DNA from: Pirellulales bacterium | GTDB lineage: Bacteria > Planctomycetota > Planctomycetia > Pirellulales > UBA1268 | Direction of reading: 5' to 3' | NCBI GenBank assembly: GCA_044368305.1 | Contig: JBIPLS010000001.1 | Coordinates: forward strand, 1-59,763 | DNA length: 59,763 nucleotides | Shown: positions 1 through 7,148 of the stretch, piece by piece | Position numbering within the stretch: position 1 is the first letter of the stretch | Layout: each line of letters opens with the position of its first letter | The notes under the pieces: generated by a model | Database searches by the model: none | The model's input: only the letters and a program-made list of their open reading frames with translations | Told to the model about the DNA's origin: nothing | Translations under genes and position numbers: made by a program

Positions 1-2
1 GG

Positions 3-863
3 GTGTACGTGGACGGCGCGAACATGAACGCCCTGGTGGGCCTGGCGGCGCCCGGCCGGTTCGGCGGCGACGTCAGCCACCTGAACCTCCACAAGACGTT
101 CTGCATCCCGCACGGCGGGGGCGGGCCGGGCGTGGGCCCGGTATGCGTCGTCGAGGATCTCGTCCCCTTCCTGCCGGGCCACGTGACGGGCGGCCTGCCG
201 CCGGCCGCCGTGGGCGCGGTGTCGGCCGCGCCGCTCGGCAACGCCGCGGTGCTGCCGATCAGCTGGATGTATTGCCGGATGATGGGTGCCGAGGGGCTGC
301 GGCATGCCACCGAGGCCGCGATCCTGGCGGCCAACTACGTCAGCGTTCGACTCCGCGGCCACTTCCCCACGCTCTACTGCGGCCCGAACGGCCGCGTGGC
401 CCACGAGTGCATCCTCGACCTGCGGCCGCTCAAGGAGACGAGCGGGGTGACGGCCGAGGACGTGGCCAAGCGGCTCATCGACTACGGCTTCCACGCGCCG
501 ACCTTGAGCTTCCCCGTGCCGGGCACGCTCATGGTGGAGCCGACGGAGAGCGAGCCGCTCGCCGAGCTCGACCGGTTCGTCGCGGCGATGATCGCCATCC
601 GCGGCGAGATCGCCCGCATCGAGGCCGGCGAGTGGCCAGAGGACGACAACCCGCTGAAGAACGCCCCGCACACGGCGGCCACCGTCGCGGCGACGGCCTG
701 GGGGCACCCCTATTCCCGCGAGACAGCGGCCTTCCCGATAGCGGCGCTGCGGCGGACGAAGTATTGGCCGCCGGTGGGCCGCGTGGACAACGTCCACGGC
801 GATCGCAACCTGTTCTGCAGCTGCGTGCCCGTGTCGGCCTGGGCCGAGGCCGCGGCCCGCTGA
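3..863 (+). CDS. gcvP: Glycine dehydrogenase (decarboxylating) P-protein, C-terminal part; the 5' end lies outside the window
   Basis: The ORF is open at the window edge. It contains [24 protein letters not shown], the PLP-lysine region of GcvP/GcvPB. Composition is natural, unlike the Arg/Pro-rich overlapping frames. TGA stop at 861-863. Confidence 0.9.
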   Translation: MYVDGANMNALVGLAAPGRFGGDVSHLNLHKTFCIPHGGGGPGVGPVCVVEDLVPFLPGHVTGGLPPAAVGAVSAAPLGNAAVLPISWMYCRMMGAEGLRHATEAAILAANYVSVRLRGHFPTLYCGPNGRVAHECILDLRPLKETSGVTAEDVAKRLIDYGFHAPTLSFPVPGTLMVEPTESEPLAELDRFVAAMIAIRGEIARIEAGEWPEDDNPLKNAPHTAATVAATAWGHPYSRETAAFPIAALRRTKYWPPVGRVDNVHGDRNLFCSCVPVSAWAEAAAR

Positions 864-875
864 GGGCCGCCGCAC

Positions 876-1868
876 TCACTGCACGACGCTCTTGCTCCCC
901 TCGGTCGAGCCGCCGATCGGAGCGCCGTCGGGCATCGGCCGGCCGGCCGACGGGATCCCGAGCCGGTGCAGCTCCTCGCGAATCCGGCGGTACTCGGGAA
1001 AACTGTCGGGGTAGCACCACAGCGTGACGGTCGTCTCCGGCTTCGCGCCGGAGACCGCGCGACGGAACCGCGACGTCGCGGCCAGCGCCTCGTCGGCCGT
1101 CTCGCCGAGCGCCGGCTGCTGCGGTCGCACGACCCATTCGCGGGAACGGATCAACACCTGGCCGCGGGCCTGATCGATCTTCGCCTCGATGACGTAGTCG
1201 AGAGCGAACCCCTGCTCGGGCCCCACGGTCTCGATGCGGTTGGCGAGCTGGGCGATCGAACCGCCCTGCCGCTGGGTGCGGTTCTTGGCGAGCTCGAACA
1301 GCTCCTCGAGCGGGATGTAGGCGATCCGCCCCGCCGCCAGCCGGAAGTGGATCTCCTCGCCGTTCACCGTGCGGCCGATGGGCGTGGGGTAGGCGAGCAC
1401 CTCCTTGGTCGTGGCGGCCGCGTGGGCCAGGCCCTCGGCCTGGAGCGCGTAGCCGCGGATCTCCTCCTCCAGCGTCCGACGCCGCACGGCGGACTCGGCC
1501 GCGGCCACCCGCGCGGCGTCGCTCGCCTGCTTCCAACGATCGAGACCGGCGTTCGCGGCGGAGACGGCCGTGGCCATTTGCAGCCGGGCGTCGGCGGCGA
1601 AGGCGGCGGCGGTGGCCACCGTCCGCTTCTGGGACTCGAGCTCGTCGATCTCGCTCTCGGTCGAGGCCAGCGTCTCCTCGAGGTCGGCGACCGCGGTCTC
1701 CAGGGCCGCGGCCTCGGGCGCGGCCTGCGTCGCCGAGAGCACGATCCGCTGCACGCGACCCCCGATCACCATCACGAGGATGATGAGGATCCCGACGATG
1801 TTCGTGACGACGTCGAGGAACGAGTCCTGTCCGGCGTCGCTGATTTCTAACGGCTTGCGGCGGGGCAT
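876..1868 (-). CDS. Single-pass membrane protein: ExbD/TolR-like N-terminal anchor, coiled coil, C-terminal alpha/beta module (third gene of the MotA/ExbB-like operon)
   Basis: The N-terminus DSFLDVVTNIVGILIILVMV resembles the ExbD/TolR anchor and has an Asp at the membrane border. About 110 residues are Ala/Glu/Leu-rich and helical. The C-terminal TVTLWCYPDSFPEYRRIREELHRLGI is ExbD-like. GAGGA lies 7 nt before the ATG at 1868, and the gap to the upstream gene is 21 nt. Confidence 0.6.
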   Translation of the reverse strand: MPRRKPLEISDAGQDSFLDVVTNIVGILIILVMVIGGRVQRIVLSATQAAPEAAALETAVADLEETLASTESEIDELESQKRTVATAAAFAADARLQMATAVSAANAGLDRWKQASDAARVAAAESAVRRRTLEEEIRGYALQAEGLAHAAATTKEVLAYPTPIGRTVNGEEIHFRLAAGRIAYIPLEELFELAKNRTQRQGGSIAQLANRIETVGPEQGFALDYVIEAKIDQARGQVLIRSREWVVRPQQPALGETADEALAATSRFRRAVSGAKPETTVTLWCYPDSFPEYRRIREELHRLGIPSAGRPMPDGAPIGGSTEGSKSVVQ

Positions 1869-1889
1869 GGGCGGATCCTCGGCATGCGA

Positions 1890-3914
1890 TCAACGCTTCG
1901 ACGGCAGCGATCCGGTGCGATCGACGGGGGGCAGCGGCCGCACGCCGTCTTGGCTCGCGGCGGGCCGCGTCTCCAGGCCGCTGTCGGCGAGCAACCGTTC
2001 CAGTTCCTCGCGCCGCGAGCGGCCGTCGGCGGTCGCCGAGAGGACGAGTTCCGGCTTCCAGTACATCCGGTCGCCGGCGATTCCCCAGCGGCCCACCTTG
2101 GCATGCACGGCGGCCACGAGCGGATCGATGGAGTCGGCCGTCGTCCCGCCGATGGGAATCCGGGTCTCCACGCGGCCGCCGCCGTCGTCGAGGATGCGGA
2201 ACTCGTGGGCCGCGCACTCCAGCCGGATCGGGCGGCGGAGCGGAATCGGCCGGTCGCGGGTCGCGAGACTCGCCCAGTTGCTGCCCCGCTTGCCGGCCAG
2301 CGACGCCGAGCCGGGGGCCTCGCTCGCGCCTTCGAGCATGCCGCCGGCGGCGCCGCCCGGCTGGGCGAGGCCCGGCATGGAGGGCCCGCCGAGGCTGCCG
2401 CCGGCGCCGGCCGGTTGGCCGCCGGCCGATGCCATCCCACCCGCGGCGCCGGAGCCTCCCGGAGTCGATCCCGCGCCGCCCGTCATCTGTCCGCCGCTGG
2501 TCTGTCCGCCGTTTGCCTGCCCACCGCTCGTCTGTCCGCCGCTCGTCGCGCTGCCGGCCGTCGGGCCGTCGCCGGCCGCGGTCGATCCGGCCGCCGCGTC
2601 GCGTTGCGTGGCGTAGAACTTCGAGGGACCCGCGTAGCGGTCGCCGAGGATGGCATCGCCCGGCCCCGATCCGCCGCCGGCGGATCGCCCCGCATCGGGG
2701 CCGCCCGGGCCGCTGCCGGCCTGAGGTCCGCCCACGCCGGCCGCATCCCCGCCCGCACCGAAACCGCGGCCGGCGGCCCCGCGGCCGAGGATCGCGTCTC
2801 CGCCCGAGCCGTCGCCGCCCGGCAGCCCGTCTCGGTCCTGGCTCGCAGCGGCGTTGCCGGCGACGAAACCGCGACCGCGCCGGCCCGCCGCCTGCTCTTC
2901 CGTCCAATCGAACCGCGACTGGTCGCCGAGCACACTCGGCCCACCCTCGGCCACCACGCCGCCCCGCGTGGTCGCGGCTCGAAAATGCTGCACCGGCGGC
3001 GCCGGCCGCGACTTTCGCACCTCGCCCAGCCAGGCCATGCGGCGCCGGGACTCCTCCACGGCCCGCATCTCGGCGTCGGCGAGCGCCGGATCGCGGGGCG
3101 GATAGTCGAGCGTCCAATCCTCGTCCACGAACTGGTAGCCGAACTCGCTGCCCCACGACTGGATCGCCTCGCGGGCCGCGTAGTAGGCCATCACGCCCGA
3201 CGGGCGGACGAGCAGGAGCGGATAGGGCTGGGCCGTCGGTTCGCCCGACTCCCGCGGCCCGGTGGCGATGTGCTCCCGGGCGGCCCGCAGCGCGCTGGCG
3301 AGCGGGTTGCCCGGGCCGGGCGGGCCCTCGAAATCAGCCGGCCCGAGCCGGATGCCCTCCGGCTGGAGGAACACGCCGTCGATGCAGCACTCGATGTACA
3401 GGGGGCGGCGGTGCGTGCCGCTGGCCCCCTCGTACGGCACGACCGCGTAGGCCGGCGGCTTCGCCGCCTGCTGCCGCTTGGCCTCCTCGACCGCCTCCCG
3501 CGCCCGTTCGAGTCGGCGCTCGAGGTCGGCCAGCGCCGCGGCGTCCTCCGGCCGCGGCCGGGCGTCCTCCGCGAGGGCGGCGGCCATCCGCTCCAGCCGC
3601 TCGAGCTCGTCGGCCAGCTTGCGGTTGTCGTCCTCGACGCCGGCGAGCTGCATCCGCGCCCGCGACAGGTCGGCCAGCGTCCGCTCGCGGATCTCCCTGA
3701 GCTGGCGCAGCCGCCAGGCGAGCTCGTCCTGCGCGAGCCGGAGGTCGTCTTCCTGCTGCCGCAGCGCCGCCTCGGCTGCGGCCCGCTCCTGCTCCCGCGC
3801 CGAGCGGCTGAAGAGCACGAGCAGGACGAGCAGCGCCCCCATCGTGCAGAGGAGCACGGCCAGGAACGGAAACAGCGAGATCGAGGCCCCGGATGCGGGG
3901 CGGGCACGGCTCAT
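1890..3914 (-). CDS. Single-pass membrane protein: TM anchor, coiled coil, two ExbD-like modules separated by a roughly 200-residue Gly/Ala/Ser-rich spacer (second gene of the MotA/ExbB-like operon)
   Basis: The ATG at 3914 overlaps the upstream TGA (ATGA). The MSRARPASGASISLFPFLAVLLCTMGALLVLLVLF anchor is followed by a heptad-like segment (residues about 40-150). Modules: PLYIECCIDGVFLQPEG...PLLLVRPSGVMAYYAAREAIQSWG and IRLECAAHEFRIL...ELVLSATADGRSRREELERLLADSGL. The tracked ORF runs on to 4370, but that extension is Arg/Pro-rich. Confidence 0.6.
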   Translation of the reverse strand: MSRARPASGASISLFPFLAVLLCTMGALLVLLVLFSRSAREQERAAAEAALRQQEDDLRLAQDELAWRLRQLREIRERTLADLSRARMQLAGVEDDNRKLADELERLERMAAALAEDARPRPEDAAALADLERRLERAREAVEEAKRQQAAKPPAYAVVPYEGASGTHRRPLYIECCIDGVFLQPEGIRLGPADFEGPPGPGNPLASALRAAREHIATGPRESGEPTAQPYPLLLVRPSGVMAYYAAREAIQSWGSEFGYQFVDEDWTLDYPPRDPALADAEMRAVEESRRRMAWLGEVRKSRPAPPVQHFRAATTRGGVVAEGGPSVLGDQSRFDWTEEQAAGRRGRGFVAGNAAASQDRDGLPGGDGSGGDAILGRGAAGRGFGAGGDAAGVGGPQAGSGPGGPDAGRSAGGGSGPGDAILGDRYAGPSKFYATQRDAAAGSTAAGDGPTAGSATSGGQTSGGQANGGQTSGGQMTGGAGSTPGGSGAAGGMASAGGQPAGAGGSLGGPSMPGLAQPGGAAGGMLEGASEAPGSASLAGKRGSNWASLATRDRPIPLRRPIRLECAAHEFRILDDGGGRVETRIPIGGTTADSIDPLVAAVHAKVGRWGIAGDRMYWKPELVLSATADGRSRREELERLLADSGLETRPAASQDGVRPLPPVDRTGSLPSKR

Positions 3915-5203
3915 GCGGCCCTTCCGACGCGGCGGGCCGACTGGAGATCGACGGTGCGGTGCTCGGAGGAGCCGCGGGACGCGAGCAGCTGGACCGCCGC
4001 GGCGAGCGTCGCGAGCGTCTCCTCGAAACGGCCGGCCGTGGAGAGCGTCGCCAGGTTGGCGTCGAGCGCCCGCTCCAGCGACGCGATGTCGCGGGTGGCT
4101 CCGACGACCTCGCCGAGCAGCGCCGTCTGGCCGGCGAGCGCGTCCTGGTGCCGCTCCAGGCCGCGGACCGCGCCGGCGAGCGACTCCGCCGCCTCGGTCC
4201 AGCGGGCCTCGCGGCGGGCGGCATGCTCGTCGTGCACGCGACCGAGCGACTCGGCCCAGCGCTCCAGGCTGTGGTCGAGCGACCGGGCGAGCGCCGTGTG
4301 GATCCGGTCCCCGGCCTCGTCGAGCAGTTGCCGGACGCCCGTGGCGGCCGTCCGCTCCAGCGATTGCCAAGCCTGTTCCTGGGCCTCGAGCAGCCGCGCG
4401 GAGCCCCGGCCGAGCGTCTCGCCGAGCCGGGCCACCGCCAGCGCCGTGCCCTCGTCACCGGAGAGCGACTGGAATCGCCCGGCCAGGGCCGCCCAGGCCC
4501 GCTCGTCCACCGCGGCCAGCAGCTGCGACTCGGACCGGTCGATCACGAACTGCAGGAACATCAGCACCATCGACAGTGCCAGGGCGGTGGCCGTGGTGTC
4601 GAACGCCGTGCCCAGCCCGGCCACGACGCCGGAGATGTTCTCCAGTTGCGTGGGGGAGAGGCTCGCGATCGCGACGGTGATGCCGATCACCGTCCCCAGG
4701 AAGCCCATGATGGGGATCGCCCAAATCACGAACCGCACCAGGCCGTAGCCCTGCGCCGCGCGGGCGGCGTCGAGGTCGGAGAGGTATTTGACGTGGTCCT
4801 CCAGGCCGTCGGCCGATCCGGTGCGGACGACGAGATCGAGCGCCTCCCGCAGGCGACGGACGAGGTGGTCGCCGCCCGCCTCGCCGTCGGGCAGGGCCGC
4901 CACGAGCGCGGCCGCCTCGGCCGGATCCTGGCCGCCGGTGGGAACCTCGGGCAGCGGGCATTCGCCATGGACGCGACGCATCTGCCTGGCCACGTCGGCG
5001 GCCTTGATGGCCAACGCCGCGAGCCCCACGCAAAACATCGCCGTCTCGACATACTCGACCCAGTGCCCGGCCAGGTAGCGAACGACGTTCGCGTCGGTGA
5101 TCACGCCGCCGTGGATCAGCGCGAAGAAGCAGAAGGCCAGCGCGCCGCCCCAGAGCAGCGGGGAGCGGAGCAGGATCGCGGACAGGGCGTTGACCTTCGA
5201 CAC
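3911..5203 (-). CDS. MotA/TolQ/ExbB-family proton-channel protein with a roughly 230-residue C-terminal helical tail
   Basis: Signature IWAIPIMGFLGTVIGITVAIASL ... GLGTAFDTTATALALSMVLMFLQFVI, with predicted TM helices before and within it. The chosen GTG start at 5203 is preceded by GGAGG with about 7-nt spacing. The tracked ORF extends to 5326. The tail is Ala/Leu/Glu/Arg-rich up to the stop. Confidence 0.8.
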   Translation of the reverse strand: MSKVNALSAILLRSPLLWGGALAFCFFALIHGGVITDANVVRYLAGHWVEYVETAMFCVGLAALAIKAADVARQMRRVHGECPLPEVPTGGQDPAEAAALVAALPDGEAGGDHLVRRLREALDLVVRTGSADGLEDHVKYLSDLDAARAAQGYGLVRFVIWAIPIMGFLGTVIGITVAIASLSPTQLENISGVVAGLGTAFDTTATALALSMVLMFLQFVIDRSESQLLAAVDERAWAALAGRFQSLSGDEGTALAVARLGETLGRGSARLLEAQEQAWQSLERTAATGVRQLLDEAGDRIHTALARSLDHSLERWAESLGRVHDEHAARREARWTEAAESLAGAVRGLERHQDALAGQTALLGEVVGATRDIASLERALDANLATLSTAGRFEETLATLAAAVQLLASRGSSEHRTVDLQSARRVGRAA

Positions 5204-5452
5204 CGTGCACCTCCGGAAACGCTGGCCGCCACCGCCGCGAACACCGCGGCCCTGGGGCGATCCAGCGTCGTTATCGGTACGCCTTGCGCAGCCGATTGAA
5301 TCCAAACATCCGGCACTGGGAAACATCGGTTCCAGGCCGCGGCTGCGCGAGGCCGGGCAGGCTGGGCAAGCCCGCGGCGGTCTTGCCGTAGGGCGGTGGT
5401 CGGCCTACCGTCCGACTCCATTCCCGCCGGTTCCGCTCCCGGAGTTCACCCC

Positions 5453-5818
5453 ATGCCCTGCTCGTGGTCCGCGATCCGCCGCGGATTCGGCCTCGCGGCG
5501 GTCGTCGGCCTCGCGGCCGCGTGGATCGCCGCCGTCGGCCGCGAGACCGCGGCCCAACGGCCGGCGGCGGCGGACCCGCATGCCGGCAACGGGCTCTGGA
5601 TCTCGGCCGGACCGCTCGACGATCAGCGCCGCCTGCTGATCGTGATCGACCCGCACCTCAAGAACGCGGCCGTCTACCACGTCGACGCCGCCGCGGGCAC
5701 ACTGGCCCTCAAAAGCACCCGCGACATCAGCTACGACCTCATGGTCGGCGACTTCAACGCCCAGGCCCCCAAGCCGGCCGACATCCGCAAGATGCTGGAA
5801 GTCGCCCCCGGCCGGTAA
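5453..5818 (+). CDS. Small secreted hypothetical protein
   Basis: An internal ATG with GGAG 9 nt upstream is followed by a signal-like MPCSWSAIRRGFGLAAVVGLAAAWIAAVG. Composition is natural. The gene is divergent from the MotA-like operon. Confidence 0.5.
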   Translation: MPCSWSAIRRGFGLAAVVGLAAAWIAAVGRETAAQRPAAADPHAGNGLWISAGPLDDQRRLLIVIDPHLKNAAVYHVDAAAGTLALKSTRDISYDLMVGDFNAQAPKPADIRKMLEVAPGR

Positions 5819-5982
5819 CCCCCGCGCCGAGGTGGCCGGGCCGCCGCCGGAACCGCCCCACCACCCTGGGCGGCCGTGCCGGTGGCGCCGGTCGCACGTT
5901 CCGGGCCGACTACACGTAGAATGCAGGGACGGCCCCTGACGATTTCCAGACGACGGGCCGTGGTGAACCGGGGGACGCCCTG

Positions 5983-7050
5983 ATGATGGCCGGAAGATTC
6001 CTGTCGCTCGAAGAAGCCGCCCGCCAGCTCGGGGTCAGCGTCGACGAGGTGAATCGCCTCGTCGACAGGAAGAAGCTGTTCCCCATGCGCGATGGCGCCG
6101 CCGTCAAGTTCAAGGCCGACGACATCGAGCGTGTGGCCCGCGACATGGGCGACGAGTCGCAGGCGGACGACTTGGCCCTCGACCTCGACCTGCCGGCCGC
6201 CGCCGAGGAGCTGTCGATCGGCGACCCGCTCGACGGCACCGAGTCGATCTTCTCCGCGGACCAGTCGCGGGCGCCGGGCGCCTCGCAGACGATCGTCCGC
6301 GGCCCGGGCGGGCAGCCCGCGGCCTCCGGCCTGACCGGCGACGTGGCCGCCGGATCCCTCGCCGGGGCGCTCGACGACGACCTGGCACTGGAGTCGATCA
6401 TCGGCGCGTCGTCGCCCGGAATCGCCCGCGGCGGCTCGGTGACTGGCCTGGGGGCCGGCAGCGATCTGGCGATCGGCCTCGGAAACTCGGGCCCGGCCGC
6501 GGGTGGTCCGGGCTCAATCGCCGGGCTGTCGGCCGCGTCGGGAACCGGGGCCGCGTTGTCGGGCGCCCTCGACAGCGGGCTGTCGCTCGAGGATGCCGAC
6601 GTGCAGCTCTCGGGGATCGACGTCGGCGGGGCCTCGGCCGTCAACGCGTCGTCCGCATCGATCGTCGCCCAGGGATCCTTCCTCGGGGGCGACGAGTTCC
6701 AGCTGGGGAGCGACACGACGGACGACGAGAGCGCCTCGGTGGTCATCGCCACCGAGGAGACCGGTGACTCCAGCTTCTTCGGCGCCGCCATCGAGGGCGA
6801 GGGGTCGATCCTCTCCGACGAATCAGTGAGCGACAGCGCCTCCGTGCTCCTCGGGGGGGAGGTCGGCGAATACGCCCTGGAGACGCCCTTCAGCCCGCTG
6901 CAGATCGCGGGCCTCGTGTGCTGCTCCCTGATGCTGTTGTTCGGCGGCTTCGTGCTCTACGACCTGGTGCGGACGATCGGCTCGCCCGAAGGCCCTTCGT
7001 TGTCCAACCCGCTGCTCAACGCGATGGCCGAGACCTTCGGCTGGCGGTAG
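5983..7050 (+). CDS. Excisionase/MerR-type helix-turn-helix protein with an acidic low-complexity middle and a C-terminal transmembrane helix
   Basis: The N-terminus FLSLEEAARQLGVSVDEVNRLVDRKKLFPMRDGAAVKFKADDIE is HTH_17-like. It is followed by a long Asp/Ser/Gly/Ala-rich region. The C-terminus LQIAGLVCCSLMLLFGGFVLYDLV is a TM helix. Confidence 0.7.
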   Translation: MMAGRFLSLEEAARQLGVSVDEVNRLVDRKKLFPMRDGAAVKFKADDIERVARDMGDESQADDLALDLDLPAAAEELSIGDPLDGTESIFSADQSRAPGASQTIVRGPGGQPAASGLTGDVAAGSLAGALDDDLALESIIGASSPGIARGGSVTGLGAGSDLAIGLGNSGPAAGGPGSIAGLSAASGTGAALSGALDSGLSLEDADVQLSGIDVGGASAVNASSASIVAQGSFLGGDEFQLGSDTTDDESASVVIATEETGDSSFFGAAIEGEGSILSDESVSDSASVLLGGEVGEYALETPFSPLQIAGLVCCSLMLLFGGFVLYDLVRTIGSPEGPSLSNPLLNAMAETFGWR

Positions 7051-7148
7051 TTTTCCCGTCCGGCGGCGGCCCGATCGCCGCGGCCTGCTACCATTGAACG
7101 GGGCCGGCCGCCCGAGATTCGCCGGCCTCGCCGCCCACGCTCCCGCCC

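Noticed and set aside
1570-2616. Plus-strand ORF with a striking PPLVCPPFACPPLVCPPLV repeat
   Set aside because: It is the antisense reading of the 15-nt tandem repeat that encodes TSGGQ units in the minus-strand gene. It has no start context and no other protein-like features.
3915-4370. N-terminal 152-residue extension of the 1890..4370 ORF, and the 5204..5326 extension of the MotA-like ORF
   Set aside because: The extensions are Arg/Pro/Gly-rich and overlap the upstream gene. The internal starts have an ATGA overlap (3914) or a GGAGG-spaced GTG (5203), each followed directly by a TM helix.
529-4748. Very long ORFs overlapping the MotA-like operon and gcvP (529..3156 minus, 1884..4748 plus, 2429..3700 plus, 3334..4458 minus and others)
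   Set aside because: Their translations are dominated by Arg, Pro, Gly and Ala with no hydrophobic cores or motifs. This is typical of shadow frames in very G+C-rich DNA, and the overlapping chosen frames have family motifs and SD sites.
876-5203. Calling the MotA-like operon a Zorya defence system
   Set aside because: Only the long-tailed MotA-like feature is shared. There is no ZorB-type peptidoglycan-binding domain and no ZorC/D (or ZorE/F/G) genes. The partners look ExbD-like, so the Zorya resemblance is noted only as an analogy.
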